A stretch of DNA of 32,000 nucleotides, from the NCBI GenBank assembly GCA_965249555.1, contig OZ252243.1, forward strand, positions 1,894,961 to 1,926,960, written 5' to 3'. The stretch is from Nitrosopumilus sp. (GTDB taxonomy: Archaea; Thermoproteota; Nitrososphaeria; Nitrososphaerales; Nitrosopumilaceae). Under the pieces are notes generated by a model. The model had not been told where the DNA came from. It saw only the letters and a program-made list of their open reading frames with translations, and searched no databases. The position numbers and the translations under genes are program-made. Of this stretch, positions 8,199 to 16,402 are shown piece by piece. Positions within the stretch are counted from its first letter, which is position 1, and each line of letters begins with the position of its first letter.

Positions 8199-8579
8199 AT
8201 GATAGCCAAGAATAAAGTTGATTTGCTTGAGATTGTTCAGAAAATCCTCGATCTGGATCCCAAAATGAGATTTGCAGCAATAATTGATCCAAAAGGTAAC
8301 ATTCGAGAGGCAATTATGAAGGCAGGAAAAACAAGTCTTGAATCTCAAAAAGAAGAAGAGCATTTCTGTAAACAAGTTGCTCAAAGAAGAGCAATGAGAA
8401 AAGAATTTGATAGAACTCTTGGCAAAGTAAGGTATGTCCATGTTGAACGAGAAAAAGTATCTCAAATGGTAATTTACACAAAAAGAAACATTGTCTACTT
8501 TGCAATGGAACCTGAGATGCCAATTAACACAAAAATTCGATTAATTACAAAAATAAAGAAAATCACTATTTCTATCTAG
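8199..8579 (+). CDS. Conserved hypothetical protein, paralog of 25535-25903
   Basis: It aligns by eye with the 122-aa ORF at 25535 (ILDLDPKMRFAAIIDPKGN vs ILSIDPKIRFVGVINERGR; RRAMRKEFDRTLGKV vs VKMRKEFDKQLGPV). A TATA-like CTTATATTTA lies about 25-30 nt upstream of the ATG. Confidence 0.7.
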   Translation: MIAKNKVDLLEIVQKILDLDPKMRFAAIIDPKGNIREAIMKAGKTSLESQKEEEHFCKQVAQRRAMRKEFDRTLGKVRYVHVEREKVSQMVIYTKRNIVYFAMEPEMPINTKIRLITKIKKITISI

Positions 8580-8644
8580 AAAAAATTTAGATAACACAGT
8601 TTTTTTCTGAACATTATGACATTTCATAAATATCTTGGAGACAG

Positions 8645-8965
8645 ATGTTTGAGTATGATAAACACTATCGACAATGTCAGCAACTAAACAAGCCGTTTAT
8701 CAAAGCAAGACCAAGTCCTAAACATGGAAGTTATTATGTTCAGATTGATTTGATGACATGTGACTATGAACTATCCACACAAGAACAAGAAGAAATCAAA
8801 AAATTAGTTCATGATGAAATAAAGTTTGTAAAGCCCAATTCAAAGCCTGATTTTCAGGATTTTAATATTGATAAAGAACTTGCTTGGTCTGATGGTATGT
8901 CTGCTGAACACATGGATGAATTTTGTAACAGTCTATATGATTTGACGCAAAAGTATCACAACTAA
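8645..8965 (+). CDS. Hypothetical protein (106 aa)
   Basis: ORF only, with an ATG start and a non-overlapping context. Confidence 0.5.
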   Translation: MFEYDKHYRQCQQLNKPFIKARPSPKHGSYYVQIDLMTCDYELSTQEQEEIKKLVHDEIKFVKPNSKPDFQDFNIDKELAWSDGMSAEHMDEFCNSLYDLTQKYHN

Positions 8966-9168
8966 AACCTAATCAGGTTTTTTAGAATTTTATCTATTAC
9001 TTGTAGTTCTTCTTTTCTTTCTTTAATAGTGGCCTCGTTCCATTTTTTTGCAAATTCTGATTGCTTGTCCATCTTTTCTAATTCTTGAATGTATTTTATC
9101 AAGTGTATTTTATAATCTTGAAGTAGATCAAGGTGTTTGTTGTGATTTTTCTCACTTGGTGTTGTCAT
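8962..9168 (-). CDS. Small K/E-rich hypothetical protein, probably translationally coupled to 9152-9385
   Basis: The ATG at 9168 lies 17 nt upstream of the stop of the preceding ORF (ATGACAACACCAAGTGA). The ORF-track start at 9249 would give a 98-nt overlap. Confidence 0.4.
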   Translation of the reverse strand: MTTPSEKNHNKHLDLLQDYKIHLIKYIQELEKMDKQSEFAKKWNEATIKERKEELQVIDKILKNLIRF

Positions 9169-9385
9169 CCCATTCCTCTTTTGTGATTTCTGGAAACATT
9201 TCTCTAATTCTTTTTCTATCTTTTTCAACTGCATCAATTCTTTCATCAAGATGATTTTTCATTGTAGGGTCTACCCCCAAATTTACTTCTTTTTGGATAT
9301 CTGAGATCACTTTGGTTAATGATTTGTAATATGAAATGTGATTTTTCTTTGATTCTTCTGATCTGTCTTCTTCTTTCTCATCCAT
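9152..9385 (-). CDS. Small charged coiled-coil protein, paralog of 15315-15512
   Basis: It shares YK(S/T)L(T/S)K near the N-terminus and a C-terminal R-I-(R/K)-(E/K)-M-F-P-(E/D) motif with the 65-aa ORF at 15315. Confidence 0.5.
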   Translation of the reverse strand: MDEKEEDRSEESKKNHISYYKSLTKVISDIQKEVNLGVDPTMKNHLDERIDAVEKDRKRIREMFPEITKEEWDDNTK

Positions 9386-9471
9386 TAGAAATTAATGATT
9401 TATTGAAAATAAGTACTTGTTCATTTGATATGTTGGTTTACACTAATATTGAAATAAAATCATGAAATGAT

Positions 9472-9744
9472 ATGAAAATTCTAGTTGATGAAAATCTAGA
9501 TGGTGTGGATGAACGGCTTAAAGAACAAGGTTATGATGCTTATAGTGTACGAAAACTACAAATCACAGGAAAAAAACTTGGTTCTGATTATTCTATAATT
9601 AATTATGCTCGTGAAAATAATATGATTATAGTCACAAAAGATACCGAATTTCGTAAAGCAAGTGAAGAAAATTACTTTCCACTAATTCTTATTGATGATG
9701 AAGAAATTTTCAAGGTAATTGTTGAGAAATTAAAAAAGTTCTAA
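9472..9744 (+). CDS. PIN-like (Mut7-C / DUF5615-type) putative ribonuclease toxin, solitary
   Basis: The pattern MKILVDENL..(L)KEQGYDA.......GSDYSIINYARENNMIIVTKDTEF matches, from memory, the DUF5615 family consensus (M-K-f-L-x-D-E-N ... G-h-D ... D..i...A...-T-x-D-x-D/E-F). Confidence 0.65.
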   Translation: MKILVDENLDGVDERLKEQGYDAYSVRKLQITGKKLGSDYSIINYARENNMIIVTKDTEFRKASEENYFPLILIDDEEIFKVIVEKLKKF

Positions 9745-10307
9745 TTTACATTCTTTGAATCAAATTGCAGTATTCTCAGGTTTGCCAGAACCTCATTTAG
9801 AAAATTATCTTCTGGTTGGTGTGCAATAGTATTCATGATTGTTTCCCAGCAATCATTAATCTTCCTGTTAATCTGTGAAAACATTTTGTCTTTTTTGAAT
9901 GCAGGGTAATAAGACAACAGTTTCATCACTCCATCCGTTGACTGTACTATGTGTATGCTATGAATGACTGATCTCAATCTTTCATGAATGGAATATTTTT
10001 TTTCCTTACTAGTAACATCAAAATTAACAATTTCATCAAAAATAATGTTAATTTCTTTGTGGAGATTTTTGAGTTGTTTATTTACTGATTCCGATAAATT
10101 GATCAATTCATATTCTATGTGGGATCTGCTGTGAACTTTCTTTTCTACCTCGCCTGCTTCAACTAATGCACTGATTTCTCTGTAAACAATTTTCTCATTA
10201 CCTACTTTTTTGATGACTCTTTTTGCAAGTTCAGTCCCGCGAATTTTTCCATTTTCGTTGAGAATTCTAATAATCTCAGTTCGGATGATTTCTAAATTTT
10301 TATTCAT
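9741..10307 (-). CDS. Hypothetical protein with N-terminal winged-helix-like domain (putative regulator)
   Basis: IIRILNENGKIRGTELAKRV....EKIVYREISALVEAGEVEKK looks like a wHTH. Its size and architecture (188 aa, helical C-terminal half) parallel the ORF at 2359. Confidence 0.6.
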   Translation of the reverse strand: MNKNLEIIRTEIIRILNENGKIRGTELAKRVIKKVGNEKIVYREISALVEAGEVEKKVHSRSHIEYELINLSESVNKQLKNLHKEINIIFDEIVNFDVTSKEKKYSIHERLRSVIHSIHIVQSTDGVMKLLSYYPAFKKDKMFSQINRKINDCWETIMNTIAHQPEDNFLNEVLANLRILQFDSKNVN

Positions 10308-10323
10308 TATATTCTCCTAGAAA

Positions 10324-10557
10324 TTATTTTTTATATTTCTCTAGTACTGCTTTTTCTCCATTCCCATTAATCTCTTTTACTAATTCTTCTAAAATTTTTA
10401 TCCCTTTTCTAATTGGTTCTTTTTCTAAATTTTTGTATTCTAGTTTTTGTTTGAGAACTAGTTTTTCATTGTTAACAAAACTCAGTAAGCTTACATTTTT
10501 CCCCATGTTAAGATTAATGAAAAAATCCACATATTCTAAGGTTGACTGTATTCCCAT
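10324..10557 (-). CDS. Hypothetical small protein (77 aa), upstream of and co-directional with 9741-10307
   Basis: ORF only. A 16-nt gap to the next gene suggests an operon. Confidence 0.4.
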   Translation of the reverse strand: MGIQSTLEYVDFFINLNMGKNVSLLSFVNNEKLVLKQKLEYKNLEKEPIRKGIKILEELVKEINGNGEKAVLEKYKK

Positions 10558-10636
10558 TATTTCTAATTTTTTCTTCTAGTATTTGTTTGGAACCCCTACA
10601 AACTAGGTTTATTTACAATCCTGATTCTATTTGATT

Positions 10637-10891
10637 ATGGATAGTTGTGATAGACGTATCCGTGCTTACAAAAACGGCAAAACATTTGATCAATGTAGAG
10701 ATATTGCAGAATCTATGAATCCCGATTTTAAAAAACAAATTGAAGATAACGGAAAAGTTCTATGGACTGAAATATTGGAGCAAGTCAACCATGATGAATT
10801 GATTTACAAGTTTACTCTGAAATTTCTAAGACGTGATGGTTATGATATAGGAAATCACAAGATCCCCGAAGTCAAAAAATCTACTTTGTAG
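10637..10891 (+). CDS. Hypothetical small protein
   Basis: ORF only. I prefer the ATG at 10637 over the TTG at 10631. Confidence 0.4.
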   Translation: MDSCDRRIRAYKNGKTFDQCRDIAESMNPDFKKQIEDNGKVLWTEILEQVNHDELIYKFTLKFLRRDGYDIGNHKIPEVKKSTL

Positions 10892-11711
10892 GATCTATTT
10901 TACAACTACCATCTGCATTTCGTAATTTTTTTGCCATCACATACGGTGTAACAATCAATACTGGAATCGATATTGCAATAAATAATGTCTGCAATTGTGT
11001 TAGTGCAATTGATAATGCAATTCCACTTGCTGTTCCAATAAATATAGATAGAAATGTTCCAACACAAGTTGGGCATGCAATGAATAGTCCTGTAGCTGCG
11101 CCAATTGAACTCATTCCTTTTCCTTTTTTTGAAATTGTGTATGCATTAATGGCAATTGAAGCATTTAATCCCACTAGATATGATACCACTATTTGTAATA
11201 CCAAATTTATTGGAATTATCTGCAAACCTACGTGCTCCGTAAGATAAACAATTATTTTTGGCATGTATCCTGGATTGTCACAACATGGTGCAATAAAACC
11301 AGATGGAATTGTTGCACCATAATGAATTGCAAAATTAACTTCGGGTTGGTACACTAACGTTCCTGATATTAGAGAAAAGAATACTCCATATCCAATAAAT
11401 GTGGCAACAAAGATTTTACGTGATTTTGAATTCCATGTTGCCAGTGCTATTATTGTTGATAGGTCACTTCCTTTACTTTCAACTTTCTCTTTGTGATATC
11501 TATACATGCCAAAAGCAATAGCACCAAATGCTGCAACAAGTGTTATGTAAAATCCATAGGCAATTCTCTGTATTGAATCAATTGCACTAGGTGTAAGAAG
11601 CTCTGGATCCTGATATCTGTTATAAAGCAAAAACAAGAATACAATTATTGTAAATCCAAAAACAATCAGTCTCTTTCCACTGTTTGCGCTCTTTCTTGAT
11701 TGTTTTTCCAT
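10881..11711 (-). CDS. Polytopic membrane protein with intramembrane CPTC and loop CC motifs
   Basis: 276 aa with about 6-7 hydrophobic segments. CxxC (FIACPTCVGTF) sits inside a hydrophobic helix and APCCDNPGY sits in a predicted loop. I do not recognise the family. Confidence 0.7.
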   Translation of the reverse strand: MEKQSRKSANSGKRLIVFGFTIIVFLFLLYNRYQDPELLTPSAIDSIQRIAYGFYITLVAAFGAIAFGMYRYHKEKVESKGSDLSTIIALATWNSKSRKIFVATFIGYGVFFSLISGTLVYQPEVNFAIHYGATIPSGFIAPCCDNPGYMPKIIVYLTEHVGLQIIPINLVLQIVVSYLVGLNASIAINAYTISKKGKGMSSIGAATGLFIACPTCVGTFLSIFIGTASGIALSIALTQLQTLFIAISIPVLIVTPYVMAKKLRNADGSCKIDPTK

Positions 11712-11987
11712 GATTTAGAACTTTTTTCTATGAAATTAAATCCTCTCCTAGATAGTTTACAATTGGTAGTCCGATTATGTGATAATCAATGAATTTCAAC
11801 TATCTTGCTATGATTATCCAAAAAATTAACTTTTATTTTGAATTTTTGTTTTTCTCTTACTAATCACATCAAGTTCATAGTATAATTTTTCTAATTCTTT
11901 AGGAGTTATGTCATCTTCTTTTCAATCTTTATTTCATCTTCTTTCAATTGTTCATATTCTTCTAAATCATTCATGATTGGTTGTGAC

Positions 11988-12755
11988 TTAGTGAGAACTT
12001 AACTGTAATTGGAATGTTGCATATGCTGATGGAAAGTATTCTGCAAAATCTGGAACATTTTCACTGTTTGCAAAATCATGTTGTGAATCAGCAATAATAT
12101 ATCCTTGAGGATCTATTACCATCGTTCTTCCATGATCCTTTTTTACCATGTCTTGAAAAATTGTTAATGGCATTTCAAAATGATAAAATGCAGGTTTTTC
12201 ATCATCATCTAAAACTACAGTAGATGTATATGCAAAAACCCATCTGTTAGTATCTGGAGAAAGATATGGGTATTGGATGTACGCCTCATCTCTTTCTTTT
12301 GCAAATGAAGGGGTGAAAAATGGTGTTGCTGCTTCATCCGGAGATAAATATTCATCAACTTCAATTCCTTTTAAAACCAGTCTGGCATGTTCTTGGTCTG
12401 TTGAGTCAATAATGCAGGTTCCATCAACTTGAAATTTGTTTTGAAAATGATAAATCCATTGTTCTAATTCTTCTTTTATTTCACGTTGATTATCCGTAAA
12501 TTGCATAACATCATTTTCAAAAATATTCCCTGCTCTAGTTTCAGAAAGTTCAAAGTATTCAACAAACTTTGGATTTTTTAATGCAAAAACTAGATCTTCT
12601 GAAGCTCTGGCATGCAAATTATCTAATTGAAAATAACGAATATCCGCCTCTTTTTCCATTTCTTCCAGATCTAGATTTATGATGGATTCTTGAATCAGTC
12701 CCAGAGTAAAATATGAAATCGAACTACTAGTAATTATGATGACTAGTGAAAACAA
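11988..12755 (-). CDS. Membrane-anchored Cache/PDC-like sensor-domain protein without an output domain
   Basis: It has an N-terminal hydrophobic anchor followed by ~230 aa ending in a ..GRTMVIDPQGYIIADSQ.. pattern typical of Cache-type extracytoplasmic sensor domains. The ORF stops before any second TM or kinase region. It has a TTG start, and an out-of-frame ATG lies 25 nt upstream. Confidence 0.55.
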   Translation of the reverse strand: MFSLVIIITSSSISYFTLGLIQESIINLDLEEMEKEADIRYFQLDNLHARASEDLVFALKNPKFVEYFELSETRAGNIFENDVMQFTDNQREIKEELEQWIYHFQNKFQVDGTCIIDSTDQEHARLVLKGIEVDEYLSPDEAATPFFTPSFAKERDEAYIQYPYLSPDTNRWVFAYTSTVVLDDDEKPAFYHFEMPLTIFQDMVKKDHGRTMVIDPQGYIIADSQHDFANSENVPDFAEYFPSAYATFQLQLSSH

Positions 12756-12902
12756 TAATTATTTTTGGTATGATTCTCATGATTTCAAATACATGTTACG
12801 TCATATATCGTCTAGTGTATGTAATTAAAAAATGCATACAATTGTACTTACAAATTATCTCAGATCTCTCTATTTTCAAATTTGGATATAGATAAATGAT
12901 CT

Positions 12903-14729
12903 TTAGCTAAGTTTCGGAATAAAGATATAGATAATTGCAATTATCTCTAACCTTCCAAATATCATCAAAAATCCCAGAACAATTTTTGTAGCAGAATCTG
13001 TATCTGTGTCAATTACTCCTGCAGATAACCCTCCAGTTGTAATCACCCCTACTGCTTCAAAGAATGCATCTTGGTATGGTACATCCTCTATTATGGAAAG
13101 ATGTAATCCTGTAATTGCTGCAATTGTAGGAAATAATGCTAGAATAATTATCGTAGAAATAACTTCTTTCTTTACTTGGGTTGGCATTTCAGCTCTTTTT
13201 ACTTTATTCAAAAGGGATTTGACATCTTTCAAGTGGAATAATCTAAATATTTTCAAACCACCAGCAGTTGAGAATCCACATCCTCCAATAAACATCAAAA
13301 TTATCAAAATGGTATGAGCTCCTCCATTAAGTCCTGCTAGACTTTCTTGTTGAAGTCCTGCAGTGGTACTAGCTGATACAGAATAAAATACACTTTCTAA
13401 TGGTTCCAAACCGCTGATTGCAACAAACAAAGCAGTTGCACCACCTAAAATTGCAAAGTATGTGAGAACTTCTTTTCCAAGTTTTGGTGAAAGGAATTTT
13501 TTTCTAACAAATGCATAGTGAAATGTAAATGGCAATGCACCAAGTATCATTGCACCCATCAAGACAATGTGTTCCTGCCACAGTAAATCTTCAAGAATTG
13601 TCGATGTGGGTGTGAATCCTCCTGTCGAGAGAGTACTCATCGCCAATGAGAAATTATCCAGTATGTCTCTTTCACCCATGAAATACAGCAATGTTGCAAC
13701 AATTACAATGTAAATTGAAAAAATGATTGTGATAGTCAAGAAAAGTTCCTTCATGTGAAGTGTTCTTCCTGATATGAAACCACGCATGGATTGCAGTTTT
13801 GATTCTGGGTAAAATGCTGTAATTACCAAGTAGATGAAACTCATGCCACCTACAAGCTGTGTGTAGCTTCGAAAGAATGTGAAACTCTGTGAAAGGTTCT
13901 CTGGCTCATCAAATAGTGATATTCCTCCAGTTGTAAATCCTGCAGCACTTGAAAAGAATGCATTTGCAAAAACTTCTGCAGAAGTTTCATCACTTGGAAA
14001 TACGTAAAGGTATGGTACGGTTCCAAATAGTGATAGTAAAAATAGACTTGAAAAGACTAGAATAGATGCCTGCTGTAAATTAAGACTTGATTTTTCACCA
14101 TAAGAGTTTAGAAAGAATCCCGTAATTAACAAAAGAACTGTGGTTAGGTAAATTCCAGTAGCAATCACTGTATCTTCTAAAACCGTTGCAACAAGTGCTG
14201 GTACAAGTAACAAAACCCCTGCAAACTGTAACACAAAACCTAGGTTACCAAGAATTGCCTTTACAGGTGGACTCAAAAGGCGAGGAGTGGTTGCAGTAGC
14301 GTTTCGTATTACATTTGCAATGGTTGTTTGATAGATGATGCCAACTACTTTATTTTTCTTTGATATGACAGGAAGTTTTCTAATATCTTTGTCTCTCATT
14401 TTATGTAAGGCATCTTGTAATGTTGCCTTTTCATTAATTGTGATAAGTGGAGTACTCATAACTTCTTTTAGTGTAGTTGTTTCTGCATAAACTGTAACAT
14501 CACTAACTTTACTTAGAATGTCTTCATCTGTAACAATTCCAATTGGGGTCTTCTTTTCATCAGTAACAATAATGTCATCTGTTTCATAGCGACGCAACAT
14601 TCTTGCTGCTTCTCTAGTCTGTGTCTTTGGACTAAGGATAAGCACATCCTTGTCCATGTATTGTGTGACATACTTGCTTAGAACGTATGAAATAGCACGT
14701 TCTGGGTTTGTCGACATAAAGCTACCCAT
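12903..14729 (-). CDS. trkH: TrkH/KtrB-family cation (K+) transporter with N-terminal CBS-domain pair
   Basis: Residues ~20-150 carry two CBS repeats (..DDIIVTDEKKTPIGIVTDEDIL.., ..IRKLPVISKKNKVVGIIYQ..). The membrane part has repeated SKT P-loop motifs: GFTTGGIS, LSTGGFTP, STTAGLQ, GFSTAGGLKI and ITTGGLS. Confidence 0.9.
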   Translation of the reverse strand: MGSFMSTNPERAISYVLSKYVTQYMDKDVLILSPKTQTREAARMLRRYETDDIIVTDEKKTPIGIVTDEDILSKVSDVTVYAETTTLKEVMSTPLITINEKATLQDALHKMRDKDIRKLPVISKKNKVVGIIYQTTIANVIRNATATTPRLLSPPVKAILGNLGFVLQFAGVLLLVPALVATVLEDTVIATGIYLTTVLLLITGFFLNSYGEKSSLNLQQASILVFSSLFLLSLFGTVPYLYVFPSDETSAEVFANAFFSSAAGFTTGGISLFDEPENLSQSFTFFRSYTQLVGGMSFIYLVITAFYPESKLQSMRGFISGRTLHMKELFLTITIIFSIYIVIVATLLYFMGERDILDNFSLAMSTLSTGGFTPTSTILEDLLWQEHIVLMGAMILGALPFTFHYAFVRKKFLSPKLGKEVLTYFAILGGATALFVAISGLEPLESVFYSVSASTTAGLQQESLAGLNGGAHTILIILMFIGGCGFSTAGGLKIFRLFHLKDVKSLLNKVKRAEMPTQVKKEVISTIIILALFPTIAAITGLHLSIIEDVPYQDAFFEAVGVITTGGLSAGVIDTDTDSATKIVLGFLMIFGRLEIIAIIYIFIPKLS

Positions 14730-14858
14730 AGTTGGGGATTTTAAATAATTTGGGGTTGTGCACTCGTCTTGATTGTTAAAAAATAATTCACCTTTCGATC
14801 TTTTTACGATTTGATCTCAAAATTTTTGCTAACTTTATAAGCACTAAGCCTGAAGTTT

Positions 14859-15296
14859 ATGCGTAATACAATGGATATTGGTCAAGCGCAAGAGCCTGAT
14901 TATGAATCAGTGAAAATTGATTACGTTGGATTTGTAGATCCTTATGCTGTAGAGGGCATGGTTGTTCTAAAGGCAGATAATGGAAAAGAATTCCACATGA
15001 GAGCATTTTCAGGTGAAGTTGTAAGACACATCTCAAGTTTTGGTGAAGATGAAGGAGAGCCTGTACCATCCATCTACAAGATGATTGAAGAAATTTGTGA
15101 GCAAAATGAATTGATTCTAGTCAAAGTAAAAATCTATGAGAGCGGTGAGGTATTGCGAGCAAATCTATACTTTACAGGCAAAAAAGACCTTGTATTGAGA
15201 AACTATCGTGCATCTGATGCCATGGCACTTGCATCATATTACACTATTCCAATTCTTGTTAGAAAGAATCTACTCAAAGAAACCATGGAAGTATAA
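14859..15296 (+). CDS. Bifunctional nuclease family protein (BFN/DUF151-like)
   Basis: The pattern ..VVLKADNGKEFHMRAFSGEV..., ..VKIYESGEVLRANLYF... and NYRASDAMALASYYTIPILV matches the BFN domain layout (R-x-SDA-i-a-LA....PI-v). Confidence 0.75.
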   Translation: MRNTMDIGQAQEPDYESVKIDYVGFVDPYAVEGMVVLKADNGKEFHMRAFSGEVVRHISSFGEDEGEPVPSIYKMIEEICEQNELILVKVKIYESGEVLRANLYFTGKKDLVLRNYRASDAMALASYYTIPILVRKNLLKETMEV

Positions 15297-15314
15297 ATTC
15301 AGAAATAATTCATT

Positions 15315-15512
15315 TTACTCATCAAAAAAACCATCTGGAAACATTTTCTTAATTCTATTTAGTTCAGTTTGATATCTCTGAATTTTTAATTCTATTTCTT
15401 TTACTTCCTTTTCTTGAGAATCATCTTTTCTTTTTTCCAGTTCTTTGATCTGCTTTGAAAGTGTCTTGTACATTATTGAATATTCTGGGAATTTTTCAGG
15501 CAGTTCGTTCAT
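15315..15512 (-). CDS. Small charged coiled-coil protein, paralog of 9152-9385
   Basis: See 9152-9385. The C-terminus is NRIKKMFPDGFFDE. Confidence 0.5.
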   Translation of the reverse strand: MNELPEKFPEYSIMYKTLSKQIKELEKRKDDSQEKEVKEIELKIQRYQTELNRIKKMFPDGFFDE

Positions 15513-15705
15513 TAGTTAAATTAAATATCAATACCACTAATACAGTTATAAAATATTGCTTCATAATTCGGCAAACTCATCATAAATCAGTTATAGCTTA
15601 GTTTGTTGATTAATCATCAGCAATTTTTATTGTAATTTCTATGGTATATTGTTATTCAATCTAAGAAACCAGAACCTTTTTGATGTGAGTAAATGACTTT
15701 GTAAT

Positions 15706-15954
15706 ATGGTTAATTTTGAGAAACTCTACAAAAAAGTGGCATTACAAGTAATTGAAAGGTGTCATGGAGCAATCAAAATTACAAAACATGGGAAAATTAT
15801 TAAAGTATATGATACAAAACGCCATATCTGGAGTAATGGTTTAGCCGGTCTTATAATTAAAGAAGAATGTAAGGATGCTAATCTGAGAGATTGGGAGATT
15901 GCAAATGTCAGAAGTTATGTAATTCAGGAATTACTTGCAAAATCTGAAAATTAG
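15706..15954 (+). CDS. Hypothetical small protein (82 aa)
   Basis: ORF only. Confidence 0.4.
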   Translation: MVNFEKLYKKVALQVIERCHGAIKITKHGKIIKVYDTKRHIWSNGLAGLIIKEECKDANLRDWEIANVRSYVIQELLAKSEN

Positions 15955-16211
15955 TATGTCACTCTTCTAATCAAGTGAGGTTCTTTTAGCATTATGGTGT
16001 CATCTTTTATTGATGATAATTCCACTTGTTTGAGATTGTGATTTGTAACTATGATTAATGCTTCACAACGAGAACAAAGAATTGTTTTTCCACTAGATCT
16101 CTCTTCTCGGATTATGTCTTTTTCTAATCTGTCTTCTTTCTGACAAGTAGGACAAAGTCTAGGCTCTTTTACTATCATGATAATCTCTCTGATGAAAATA
16201 GTTCTACCCAT
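15951..16211 (-). CDS. Small Zn-ribbon-like protein (CPTC ... CSRC)
   Basis: It has two CxxC pairs. The start may be the internal M (MIVKEPRLCPTC). Confidence 0.45.
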   Translation of the reverse strand: MGRTIFIREIIMIVKEPRLCPTCQKEDRLEKDIIREERSSGKTILCSRCEALIIVTNHNLKQVELSSIKDDTIMLKEPHLIRRVTY

Positions 16212-16402
16212 AATTCTCTGAATTATAATTGGTCAAAAAAGAGTTTGTATTGTTAATTGGTATCAGCATACTTTCTTGAATGTCAAACCGCTTTAATCAT
16301 TCAGTCCGGTACGAAAGGTATTCAATGTATTTCCATTCTAACCAATTAACAAGAGAATTTTCTTTTTTTAGGAAATTATAGCTTTGGATTTTTCAAAAAT
16401 CA

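Noticed and set aside
7824-8523. ORFs 7824-8099 (+), 8160-8465 (-) and 8314-8523 (-)
   Set aside because: They are antisense to the O-methyltransferase gene and to the 8199-8579 paralog gene. Their sequences are low-complexity and Cys/Phe/Leu-rich, as expected for AT-rich shadow frames.
13006-13317. 103-aa plus-strand ORF inside trkH
   Set aside because: It is antisense to a well-supported transporter CDS.
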